This document shows, piece after piece, positions 1 to 9,000 of a DNA stretch of 52,490 nt. This DNA comes from a virus. Lineage: Duplodnaviria; Caudoviricetes. The position numbers and the translations under genes were made by a program. Under the pieces are notes generated by a model. It saw only the letters and a program-made list of their open reading frames with translations. It searched no databases and had not been told where the DNA came from. The stretch spans positions 1 to 52,490 of the IMG/VR virus record IMGVR_UViG_3300021091_000107; one strand, 5' to 3'. The first letter of the stretch is position 1. Every line of letters begins with the position of its first letter.

Positions 1-1
1 G

Positions 2-55
2 CAGTTCCGAGATGAGGCGCTGGCACGCCTGCCCCTGTTCACCCACGAGGACTGA
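2..55 (+). CDS. 3' end of a truncated small ORF (QFRDEALARLPLFTHED*)
   Basis: Open frame from the window edge to TGA at 53-55, 3 nt before the next ATG; same GC-rich composition as the next gene. Confidence 0.45.
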   Translation, partial: QFRDEALARLPLFTHED

Positions 56-58
56 CCC

Positions 59-241
59 ATGAAGGCGATTGAACGTGAGCGCAACAGACTGATGCAGTCC
101 TACGGGTACACCTGCATCAGGCAGACCACTCACATGGTATGGCGTAACAAGGAAGGGCAGACCGTCACCACTAGCAAGACCCCCAGCGACGTTAACGCCC
201 TGAGGCAGGTTGAGAGGCAGTTGCGCCGTCTGGCAGCATAG
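59..241 (+). CDS. Small basic HicA-like (dsRBD-fold) protein, 60 aa
   Basis: Pattern L-x-x-x-G-Y...R-Q-T-T-H-x-V-W-x-N-x-x-G-x-x-V-T resembles HicA (GF...RxxGSH...hpxGxxvtv); amphipathic C-terminal helix. Confidence 0.6.
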   Translation: MKAIERERNRLMQSYGYTCIRQTTHMVWRNKEGQTVTTSKTPSDVNALRQVERQLRRLAA

Positions 242-255
242 CACACCCCACCCCA

Positions 256-284
256 CCCCCTCGCCATCGACAGTGGTTGGGGGG
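256..284 (+). other. GC-rich imperfect hairpin just after the HicA-like gene (possible terminator or structural element)
   Basis: CCCCC-TCG-CCA ... TGG-TT-GGGGGG inverted arrangement; no clean U-tract. Confidence 0.4.
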
Positions 285-403
285 TAATACGTTTGTATCG
301 GCGGGGCCGAGCGAAACCAAAATTGATAGATACTATTAACCTACAAAACTTTGAAAACGCTTGATCATTTACACGCTCAGAAAAAAAATTTTTCCCAAAC
401 AAA

Positions 404-556
404 ATGACTCAAAAAACCTCAATAGACTCAGTGCCCCCTTGGAAGTCTGGTGTGACCGTCTGTGATCCCAAAAGCACCAGAACCACACTGGTTGAGGAAC
501 TCGGATATATTTGGATTGTTTTGAAGGAATTCTATCGAATGTGGCGAGAAGCTTGA
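404..556 (+). CDS. Small hypothetical protein, 50 aa (MTQKTSIDSVPPWKSG...ELGYIWIVLKEFYRMWREA)
   Basis: Translated by hand: ATG 404 to TGA 554-556; below the ORF-track cut-off; fills the gap on the coding strand. Confidence 0.5.
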   Translation: MTQKTSIDSVPPWKSGVTVCDPKSTRTTLVEELGYIWIVLKEFYRMWREA

Positions 557-581
557 CAATCCTCAAAAGTCTTGCTAGACT
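553..581 (+). promoter_or_regulatory. Host sigma70-type (early) promoter
   Basis: TTGACA (553-558), 17-nt spacer, TAGACT (576-581) with extended -10 TG at 573-574; 30 nt upstream of ATG 611. Confidence 0.75.
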
Positions 582-610
582 CTCAATAGAAATGACAACC
601 TGCATAAATT

Positions 611-1012
611 ATGAAAAAACTTCTATGTGCCGCCCTTGGTTTCGCAATGATGCCGAGTGCTGTGTTTGCAGCAAACGCACAAAACTTGAATAATGCCACC
701 GAGTATTCTGATAAACCGTTCGGGGCAACCTATAATCTGCCAGGTGGAGGCAAGGGATACTTTGCGAGTATGCCAGGTATTAATGCTTGGATGGAGAACA
801 TGGATAATGCTTTAAGGGGATCTCAAGTTGCCCAGGCATTTGGAGCACATGGATCAACTCAATATCACCCTCCGAGTTTCTTTCAAGGTGCTGGTGCCCC
901 TGTTGTTGTTCCTCCGACCGTAATAAATACGCCAGGAACCCAACCTCGTGAATGTCGTCGAAAGCGTATCACAATTGCGTTGTTCTTTGAGGTTGACAGC
1001 AGCGATTGTTAA
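611..1012 (+). CDS. Hypothetical exported protein with Sec signal peptide, 133 aa
   Basis: N-terminus MKK + hydrophobic core + AVFA/A cleavage-like site; preceded by a sigma70 promoter. Confidence 0.75.
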   Translation: MKKLLCAALGFAMMPSAVFAANAQNLNNATEYSDKPFGATYNLPGGGKGYFASMPGINAWMENMDNALRGSQVAQAFGAHGSTQYHPPSFFQGAGAPVVVPPTVINTPGTQPRECRRKRITIALFFEVDSSDC

Positions 1013-1179
1013 TGGAACAACTTCACCACATTATAATACTTTCTACAGAGAACATAATTATTTTTTGTGGTGATAGAGGAACCCAAAGAGCATTAGAGTT
1101 TCGTATACGAACAGAATTTGTGCAGGCTGTGAGTTATTGTCAGCACAAATTACTTCCCAAAGATATTCATTATTCTTGA
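1012..1179 (+). CDS. Small hypothetical protein, 55 aa (MEQLHHIIIL...KDIHYS)
   Basis: Translated by hand; ATG overlaps the upstream stop (TAATG), typical of translational coupling. Confidence 0.5.
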   Translation: MEQLHHIIILSTENIIIFCGDRGTQRALEFRIRTEFVQAVSYCQHKLLPKDIHYS

Positions 1180-1208
1180 ATATATAATTGTGACTTGCTA
1201 TTATTTTA

Positions 1209-1418
1209 ATGAATAAAGTATTTGAATCTACAGTTGAATATAATGAAGACTTCAATGAATATTGTATTACGATTCCCGACGAGATTATCGATTCAGTTGG
1301 ATGGGAAGAAGGTGATGTGTTAGAGTGGAGACTCAACAAAGATGGCACAATTTTACTTGAAAGAATTGACGAAGATTTCGTCAACTACGTAGGAGATGAA
1401 GAAAATGAAGATGAATAA
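1209..1418 (+). CDS. AbrB/MazE/SpoVT-like DNA-binding domain protein
   Basis: ITIPDEIIDSVGWEEGDVLEW...DGTILL matches the swapped-hairpin consensus (itIPkeir..lgl..Gd.l). Confidence 0.75.
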   Translation: MNKVFESTVEYNEDFNEYCITIPDEIIDSVGWEEGDVLEWRLNKDGTILLERIDEDFVNYVGDEENEDE

Positions 1419-1701
1419 AATTAACTACAAGGTTGTCAACAAGGATGGTAAAGTTCTTGATGACGTTGAATTTAATGATTATGACAAGTTAGCAGATCAC
1501 ATGCTTGAGATGGCTGATAAGTATTATCAAGGAATTTACACCGTTGATGATAAAGTCAATATTTCTGCTTTTGACGATGCTGGCAATATTATGTACGAAG
1601 ATACTGCCAGTTTTGGCGGTAGTTCAGAATTAACTGGAGAGATTGAAGATGAGCTCAGAGGAACTGCAGGTCAAGGATTTGGCAATTCAACTGCTGAGTA
1701 A
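1396..1701 (+). CDS. Hypothetical acidic protein (true start may be 1405 or 1411)
   Basis: ORF track; AGGAG at 1391-1395 fits ATG 1405. Confidence 0.6.
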   Translation: MKKMKMNKINYKVVNKDGKVLDDVEFNDYDKLADHMLEMADKYYQGIYTVDDKVNISAFDDAGNIMYEDTASFGGSSELTGEIEDELRGTAGQGFGNSTAE

Positions 1702-1870
1702 GATAGATAAACTTGACGAACGTTTGAGTCGTTTGGAGAAGAAGGTTCCAGAATCTTTTGATATCTTTTACCGCGCTCCGACAAAGGAGAAGCACGAGAA
1801 ATTGAACGTTGTTCTAGATGATTTACACATGCGTCTAAATAAATTGGAAGGAGAAGTGCAAGGAGAATGA
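1649..1870 (+). CDS. Hypothetical coiled-coil protein
   Basis: GGAG at 1636-1639 before ATG 1649; heptad Leu pattern; stop overlaps the next start (ATGA). Confidence 0.6.
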   Translation: MSSEELQVKDLAIQLLSKIDKLDERLSRLEKKVPESFDIFYRAPTKEKHEKLNVVLDDLHMRLNKLEGEVQGE

Positions 1871-2949
1871 CTCAAATCGGTTTCTTATCAAACTTTAATG
1901 TTACATATGGTCTTGCCGATTTTTCTCTTGCTGGTAGAATACCTCCGATCATTACTCCAAATCAATTACGACCTAATTTAATTAATCCTAGGAAGCTAAT
2001 TGAAAACAGGAAATACTCCGACAATCCAATACAACCATATGTAAGCACATATGATTTGTTTGGTATACCCATTACATTTGAAGTAGATCCAATTGAGGTG
2101 GCAACTGCAGCGGCATATAACACGATTCCAACAATTGTCTCCGTCACTGGTCGAATGACTAATTGTGTTTTTGAATCTCCTTTACCTCAAGATGGAGATA
2201 AAAGAACAGAAGTTGATAGTAAAGGAAAGATTGTAACTAAAGGAATAAAATTAGCATCTGCTGGTAGTGCAATTTGGTCTATTGGCGCATTTCAAGAACC
2301 GTATGTGTTAGGCCCATCAAGTGTTCCAGAAGCAAATCGTATGGATAATCCTTTAGGAGTTACATACGCAACGCCTGGAAGTTTTGTTGGTGGCACTGGA
2401 TTTGGTTCTGGAAATGTTGGAGGGTTTGGAGAATCTGTCACTTATACTTTTGGTGGATATTTTACGGAAAGAAATTTCTTTGACCGTGAATGGATTGTTC
2501 AATGGGGAAAATATTTTGTTAAGATAGATTGTTTTGGTGTTTATGTGCTAAAACCTACCGTAACAAAGAATCCATTAAGCGTAACAGATCCAACAGATTG
2601 GGTTAGTATCGGTGCATGGACTCCAGACGAATTTTATCAAAGAAATATTTCTTTGGCAAATAAATTTGATGGTCCTGTTGTAGAGACATTTATTTCTGGT
2701 GCTAAGGAAATTTTAAAATATAAACCATCAGAAATCGGTAGTTTACGATATTATTTTGTGTTTACAACCGAAACTCTAGCAGGACCATTTACATTAACAT
2801 CAACACATTTGGCAAACTTAACTGTTAAATATAATCAGGATACAGGTGCTGAACGTTTACGATTTACTCAATTAAAATTGAATCGAAAACGAACTACCTT
2901 ACCAGAATGGTTATTAACGGTCTTGACAACTATACTAGGAGTACAGTAA
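1867..2949 (+). CDS. Hypothetical protein, probably baseplate/virion-associated, 360 aa
   Basis: Long ORF directly upstream of the PAAR gene; beta-rich, Gly/Thr/Pro-rich composition. Confidence 0.6.
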   Translation: MTQIGFLSNFNVTYGLADFSLAGRIPPIITPNQLRPNLINPRKLIENRKYSDNPIQPYVSTYDLFGIPITFEVDPIEVATAAAYNTIPTIVSVTGRMTNCVFESPLPQDGDKRTEVDSKGKIVTKGIKLASAGSAIWSIGAFQEPYVLGPSSVPEANRMDNPLGVTYATPGSFVGGTGFGSGNVGGFGESVTYTFGGYFTERNFFDREWIVQWGKYFVKIDCFGVYVLKPTVTKNPLSVTDPTDWVSIGAWTPDEFYQRNISLANKFDGPVVETFISGAKEILKYKPSEIGSLRYYFVFTTETLAGPFTLTSTHLANLTVKYNQDTGAERLRFTQLKLNRKRTTLPEWLLTVLTTILGVQ

Positions 2950-2950
2950 A

Positions 2951-3340
2951 ATGGGAAAGCCAGCAGTAGTTGATGCAGCAAACATGACCAATCACACGAG
3001 TTTTACTCCTTCTGGATTAATTCCTATTCCTGGTCAAGGGTTTTCTCCTAATGTTTTCATTGAAAATAAACCTGCTATTCCTGCTGGTAGTAAATTTATC
3101 GTTCATGATATTCCAACTGATGTGGTTAGTGTATTAATTAGACCTCCACACAATGATATTGTGCTCGATGGATGCCCAAATGTTTTCGTAAACGGAAAAC
3201 CAATGGGTAGAGTAGGAGATAAAATATGTGCTCCACCAACATTTTACCCAGCACCACTATCTCCTGCTGGATTTTTAAGAGCTGGTGCTCTTACAGTTAC
3301 AGTTCCTGACCTACCAGGATTACCAATTTTCACACCTTAA
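2951..3340 (+). CDS. PAAR-repeat spike-tip protein (T4 gp5.4-like)
   Basis: KPAVV, SPNVFIENKPAI, CPNVFVNGKPMGRVGDKIC repeats with His/Cys candidate metal ligands. Confidence 0.85.
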   Translation: MGKPAVVDAANMTNHTSFTPSGLIPIPGQGFSPNVFIENKPAIPAGSKFIVHDIPTDVVSVLIRPPHNDIVLDGCPNVFVNGKPMGRVGDKICAPPTFYPAPLSPAGFLRAGALTVTVPDLPGLPIFTP

Positions 3341-3350
3341 TTATATTACT

Positions 3351-3497
3351 ATGGCAAAAGCAAAGATCGGATTGACCAAAACTAGCTACGTTCCTGGTAA
3401 ACCCAAGATTACCAGTCAAGGTCGTAGTAAAAATACGAATCTTGCCGCCACTTCTCGCAATGGTCGCAAGAAAAGATATCGTGGTCAAGGTCGTTGA
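3351..3497 (+). CDS. Small very basic protein, 48 aa (MAKAKIG...KKRYRGQGR)
   Basis: ATG 3351 follows the PAAR stop; Lys/Arg-rich; I recall similar ORFs after PAAR in cyanomyophages. Confidence 0.7.
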   Translation: MAKAKIGLTKTSYVPGKPKITSQGRSKNTNLAATSRNGRKKRYRGQGR

Positions 3498-3536
3498 AGA
3501 CTTCTAAAAGACAAAAATGATATAACTAGCACTATG

Positions 3537-3580
3537 ACGACGATTTTTTGCTTATTTTTAGCAAATTATCGTCGTTTTTT
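3537..3580 (+). terminator. Rho-independent terminator-like hairpin
   Basis: ACGACGAT (3537-3544)/ATCGTCGT (3568-3575) perfect arms, inner TTTGCT/AGCAAA, followed by a T-run. Confidence 0.65.
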
Positions 3581-3642
3581 GCAATTTTCGGGATAGCAAC
3601 CCCGTAAAAAGTTCTGTTTCAATCAATTTTTGAGAAAAACAG

Positions 3643-3834
3643 ATGGCAAAGTATCAAATAGACAGAGATGTTGAGTATATGAGGGAAAATTGGGGTACTA
3701 CAAAGCTAATTACTGACTATGGAGCGATGACTCCGACAAAACAAAAGAAGAAAAACGAACCACCAATCGATAGAATGTCAAGACAGTGTGGCGGTAAGGG
3801 AGGATTTGACGATTACGTTGAGTGGTGGGCATAA
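3643..3834 (+). CDS. Small hypothetical protein, 63 aa
   Basis: ORF track; GAG upstream; position before gp25 is typical of cyanomyophages. Confidence 0.65.
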   Translation: MAKYQIDRDVEYMRENWGTTKLITDYGAMTPTKQKKKNEPPIDRMSRQCGGKGGFDDYVEWWA

Positions 3835-3852
3835 ATTGACTGCTGATGGGGG

Positions 3853-3872
3853 TATAAATAATGTTATAAATA
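3853..3872 (+). promoter_or_regulatory. Tandem T4-type late promoters (gp55-dependent)
   Basis: TATAAATA at 3853-3860 and 3865-3872, immediately upstream of gp25. Confidence 0.8.
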
Positions 3873-3882
3873 TGGTATTTTT

Positions 3883-4278
3883 ATGCCTGTTAGTAGATCT
3901 TTCAAAGATATCAGCGTAACGTTTGATAAAAACTTTGTGACCAATGATCTAATGGTTACAAAAAATTTCAATGCTATCAAACAATCAGTTCAAAATCTGA
4001 TCGTAACCGTTCCTGGTGAAAGATTTTTTAACCCAAACATCGGCAGTAGGATCACCGATTTGCTTTTTGAACCCCTAGATTTTATTAATGCAAGTTTAGT
4101 CAAGAGTGAAGTAGAATATACTATTAAAGCGTTTGAACCAAGAGTCAAATTGACTGATGTTATTGTTGATGAAAATTATGATGACAATGGTTATGACATA
4201 ACAATTGAATTTGAAGTGATTGGGTTGCCAGAAAAAACAGAAACGTTAACCCTATTTCTAGAAAGAACTAGAGCATAA
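3883..4278 (+). CDS. gp25: Baseplate wedge subunit / sheath initiator
   Basis: AIKQSVQNLIVTVPGERFFNPNIGS...LFEP...FEPRV signature. Confidence 0.93.
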   Translation: MPVSRSFKDISVTFDKNFVTNDLMVTKNFNAIKQSVQNLIVTVPGERFFNPNIGSRITDLLFEPLDFINASLVKSEVEYTIKAFEPRVKLTDVIVDENYDDNGYDITIEFEVIGLPEKTETLTLFLERTRA

Positions 4279-4282
4279 GTAA

Positions 4283-6088
4283 ATGGCATACAATCAGTTA
4301 ACAAATTTAGATTATTTTGATATAAAAGTTGCCTTGAGGGATTATCTCAAGGCAAACTCAGACTTTAGTGATTATGATTTTGAAGGGTCTACATTAGGAA
4401 TGCTTCTTGATGTATTGGCATACAACACCTATTATTCGGCATTTAATGCCAATATGGTGGTCAATGAGGTATTCCTCGACTCTGCTACCGTAAGAGACAA
4501 TGTAGTGTCACTGGCTAAGCAATTAGGATACGTTCCTAGATCTGCAGTTGCTGCCTCTGCCGCTATTGATTTGACGTTAACGGTAGCATCGGGAACCACA
4601 ATTCCAGAAACAGTGTTTCTTAAGAGAGGAAATGCTTTTATTTCAATTGTGAATGATCAAGTTTATCAATATGTTGTATTGGATGACGTAAAAGCAGCGG
4701 TGCTTCCAACCAATACAGCATATTTTCCTTCCTTAAAAATATATGAAGGATCGTTTGTTACCAACACATATAATGTAACTTCAAACGAGCAATTTAGTGT
4801 TATTTTAAACAATGCTGGTATTGATACCTCTTCAATTAGAGTAAGAGTATTACAGGGATCTGGATCAAGCACTTTTGAAAAGTTTGTTCAATCTGACAAT
4901 ATTTTAAATGTAAGCCCAACATCACCTGCATATTTTGTAAATGAAATTGAAGATGAGAATTACAAAATTACCTTTGGTGATGGTGTCTTTGGTAAAAAGT
5001 TAGTTCAAGGTCAGATAGTAGAGATTAGTTACATCGTAACTAACGGACCAGACACAAATGGAACTGCTAATTTTACCTTCAATGGTGTTGTAACAGATAT
5101 TTCTGGCAATACTAATTTTGCTGCAACAGTTAACAATATTACTGTTTTAACTAGAGCATTTGGCGGAGCAAATATAGAATCAGTTGATAGCATTAAGATT
5201 AATGCACCAGCAATGTATGGCACACAAAACCGTGCTGTAACCGCCACAGACTATACTTCAATTATTCGCAGAGTATACCCAGTAGCAGCAGACATTATTA
5301 CATATGGGGGAGAGCAAGCAGATCCACCTGAATATGGAAAAGTAAAGATTGCTATCAAACCTAGAAATCTATCATACTTATCATCTTATACTAAGAAGAT
5401 TATTTTAGATGAATTGAGAAAATATTCAGTTGCTTCTATCATTCCTGAAATTGTTGATGCGTCAATCATTTACATTGAAATGTATTCTCGAATTTTTTAC
5501 GATCCAACTGTTACTACATCAACCTCTGATGCTCTGAAAGCTAAAGTTATAGAAAACATCAACAAATATATTGCTAGTTCTGATACCGAAAAGTTTGGTG
5601 GAAAATATCGTTATAGTAAATTTGTGAGTGTTATTGATAGTTCTGAAAGATCTATTAAATCTAACTTGACTGATATCGTTATGAGAAAGGATTTTTATCC
5701 TTCGTTAAATAATAAAGCATACTATGAGTTTTGTTTCAATAATCGTTTTGCTATTGATATAGATGTAAAGACATTGACATCCACAGGATTCAAAGTTCAA
5801 GAGTTTCCACAATACACTGTTTATCTTGAAGACCGTGATGGAAAAGTTGTTTTGTATAGACTTGATTCCCAAACTTCGGAAAAAATTGTTTTAAACAACA
5901 ATCAAGGTATTATTAATTATGAAAAAGGTGAAATTCAATTATACAATTTGACTATTATTGATGGAAGTTTTGATGATGACAAAATTGAAATACGTCTAAA
6001 ACCAGAATATAATGATATTCTCGCAAAAAGAGAAGTTTATTTAGATGTAGATATTGATAAAAGTATTTTCACCCTTATTCAAGAGTAG
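4283..6088 (+). CDS. gp6: Baseplate wedge subunit
   Basis: FSDYDFEGS...LLDVLAYNTYY, FLDSATVRDNVVSLAKQLGYVP, FGDGVFGK, QNRAVTATDY motifs. Confidence 0.95.
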   Translation: MAYNQLTNLDYFDIKVALRDYLKANSDFSDYDFEGSTLGMLLDVLAYNTYYSAFNANMVVNEVFLDSATVRDNVVSLAKQLGYVPRSAVAASAAIDLTLTVASGTTIPETVFLKRGNAFISIVNDQVYQYVVLDDVKAAVLPTNTAYFPSLKIYEGSFVTNTYNVTSNEQFSVILNNAGIDTSSIRVRVLQGSGSSTFEKFVQSDNILNVSPTSPAYFVNEIEDENYKITFGDGVFGKKLVQGQIVEISYIVTNGPDTNGTANFTFNGVVTDISGNTNFAATVNNITVLTRAFGGANIESVDSIKINAPAMYGTQNRAVTATDYTSIIRRVYPVAADIITYGGEQADPPEYGKVKIAIKPRNLSYLSSYTKKIILDELRKYSVASIIPEIVDASIIYIEMYSRIFYDPTVTTSTSDALKAKVIENINKYIASSDTEKFGGKYRYSKFVSVIDSSERSIKSNLTDIVMRKDFYPSLNNKAYYEFCFNNRFAIDIDVKTLTSTGFKVQEFPQYTVYLEDRDGKVVLYRLDSQTSEKIVLNNNQGIINYEKGEIQLYNLTIIDGSFDDDKIEIRLKPEYNDILAKREVYLDVDIDKSIFTLIQE

Positions 6089-6093
6089 AATAA

Positions 6094-9000
6094 ATGGCAT
6101 CTAAGGTAAGAAATCTATCTGCTTTAATTGATAAGCAATTACCAAATTTCATCTCTACAGAATATCCTAAGTTCTCTACTTTTCTACAAAAGTATTATGA
6201 ACAATTAGAGTTACCTGGACAACCATTAGATTTAATTAATAATCTCTCAAAATATAGAGATATTGATACTTATGAAACTAAAATTCTACAGGAAAATACT
6301 ACTGTAGTATCAAATGTTAATCCATTAGACACAGTAATTACTGTTGCTGATACTAAATCTTTTCCAGATACCAATGGATATATCTTAATTGATGATGAAG
6401 CTATTTTCTATCGTAGCAAGACAAGTAATACTTTTGTAGGTTGTTATCGAAATATTAATGCCACTACAAAGTTGGGAGATCTTTATAGTAAACCAGATAT
6501 CAAAACGGTTAATTACGAAGATCTTGGAGAAGGTAAAACTCACTTATCTGGAAAAGTAGTATCTAATATTAGTAACTTATTTTTATACGCATTAGTTAAA
6601 AATTTTGAGAAAGAATATCTAGGATCTTTCCCAGAAAAAGATTTAAAAACACAAGTTGATAAATCGCTTCTAATTAAAAATATTAAAAAATTCTATGCTG
6701 TAAAAGGAACAGATCAATCAATTAGATTCATCTTCAACTCTATTGTAGCAAAAGATTCTAGTGATATTCCTACTGTATATTATCCAAACCAGAGCACGTA
6801 TAAAACCTCTAATGGTGAATGGATTAATAAGTATGCATTAAAAGTAAAAGTTCTTTCTGGAGATATCAATAAAATTATTGGAGAGAAATTAATCCAAAAT
6901 CAGAGTTTATCTGATACATCTATCAAGAATGCTTTTGGTGTAGTTGATAATATTGTAGATATCGGGGATGGATTTTATGAAGTTATTTTAGGAACTGATA
7001 CAGTTGTAGGTCAGTTTTCTGTAGCAAATAGAACCTATTTAACAAAATCAGTAAATAATACACAATCAGTTAACAGCAAAATTAATGTTTATTCTACTGC
7101 TGGATGGTCAAACACATCTGGCAGTATTATTGTTGGTAATGAGGTAATTGTTTTCAAAAATAAAAACATTAATCAATTTGAAGTAGAATCTAGAGGATCT
7201 ACTCCACAATATCATAATGTCAATACAATTGTTTATAATAACACTCCCGTATTTTCTTCATATATTGACAATAATGGAGCAACTCAACAAGTAAGATTAT
7301 TAGTTTTTGGTATTCTATACAATTTAACACCTTCTTCCTTAAAAGCACATTCAAAAGAAGGAGATTTTATTCAAATTTCCGAGCCAGGATTTGAGAGTAG
7401 AGATACTATTCTTTTTGATAGAATTTCAGGAAATTATAGATGGTTAATTAACGAAAATAACACAAATCCATCTTCACCTAATACTACAATAAATTCTGAT
7501 TTATCAGAAGTTTTAGTAAATGTTTCTGCTATTTTTGAAGATGACCAATATTACTACATTACATCTTCTGGATATCCAAGTCATGATATTGGAAAAACGA
7601 ATTGGAATATATCTTTAAAAGATCAACAAAAATTAAAATTAATCAGAAAATATCCAACCAGAACCACTGAAATCTACAAAACTCAACCTAATGAGGTAGG
7701 TATTTTAGTAAATGGAACTACAGTAAGAAGTTATAAAGATTCGAATCAAAATTTAGTTACTTTTGGCGAAATTACAAATATTGAAGTAACTAATAAAGGT
7801 AGTGGTTATAAAGATGTTCCATTTGTTTTAATACAAGATGGAGCTGGCGAGATAGTTGCTCAAGGAAAGGCAGTATTGAGTGGTGAAGTTATAGACAGAA
7901 TAGATGTTTTAGAATCTGGTTCTGGATTCTTTCCACCTGTTCCAAGTATCACCATTACATCTGGCAGAGGAGCCGTAGTAGAAGCAGTAGTTACTGGCGA
8001 TAAGGTATCTAAATTAAAAATTGTAAATCCTGGAGAATATTATTCCACTCCCCCTAAAATTATCATTAAAGATTCTCTTGGCAAGGGAAGATTTGCAAAT
8101 TATACTGCTGTTATTAATAATGCTGGTCAAATAGTTGATTTTGTTCAAAATGATGCTGGTAAATTCTATACGCAACAAAATGTATCTGTTGAAATAGTTC
8201 CAGTTGGTTCTGGTGCAACAGCAGTGTCAGTTGTTAGAACTTGGCGAAGAAATTTAGTATTTAAACATTCAAATTCTTTAGATACTAATTATGGATATTA
8301 CTTCCAAAATAATGATCCTTCAATTGGTTATGGATATTCTTACTTAGCAAATCCAAAATCTTTGAGATATGAACTAGGAGACAATATTTCTTCATTATTT
8401 GCAGAAACGTCTCAATTAGTTCATTCTCCTATTTTAGGATATGCTTTTGATGGAAATCCGATTTACGGTCCTTATGGATATTCTAATTCTTTAGATTCTA
8501 ATAGTGCTGTTGCTAGAATGACTTCCAGTTATTCTTTAAAACCGAATAGACTTGATGGTCCTTCAATAGATACTTATCCATTGAGTTCATTTGTTGAAGA
8601 TTTCGAATATATTCATCGATCTGGATCTTTAGACGAAAATAATGGAAGATTTTGTGTTACTCCCGAGTATCCATCTGGAACTTATGCATATTTTATGACG
8701 ATATCTGCAGATAATACTCCAGTATATCCATATGTTATAGGGGATAATTTTTATTCACTACCAGTTGATTCTAATTACAACAAAGTTATTTCTCAAAAAG
8801 ATTTACCCCAAAAAGTTAGAAGATTAATAACAGATAAAACACCAGAAAACGGATCTGGAGTATTAGCATATGTAGAATCTATCAATTCTGGGTCTTTAAA
8901 TGGTGTAGTTGTAGAATCCTCAACTAATACATTTGCTGTTGGCAGTGTAGTAGATATAGATTACACAAATACCGATGGATCAAACGCTGTTGCACAAGTT

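Noticed and set aside
244-260. Possible G-quadruplex on the minus strand (GGGGGTGGGGTGGGG)
   Set aside because: Only three long G-runs, so an intramolecular quadruplex is not supported
130-693. ORF-track entries 130..402(-), 369..605(-) and 511..693(+)
   Set aside because: They overlap better-supported + strand genes and the promoter, have no recognisable motifs, and some use non-ATG starts
1058-1384. 108-aa minus-strand ORF
   Set aside because: Antisense shadow of the AbrB-like gene; Ser/Ile-rich composition typical of reverse frames
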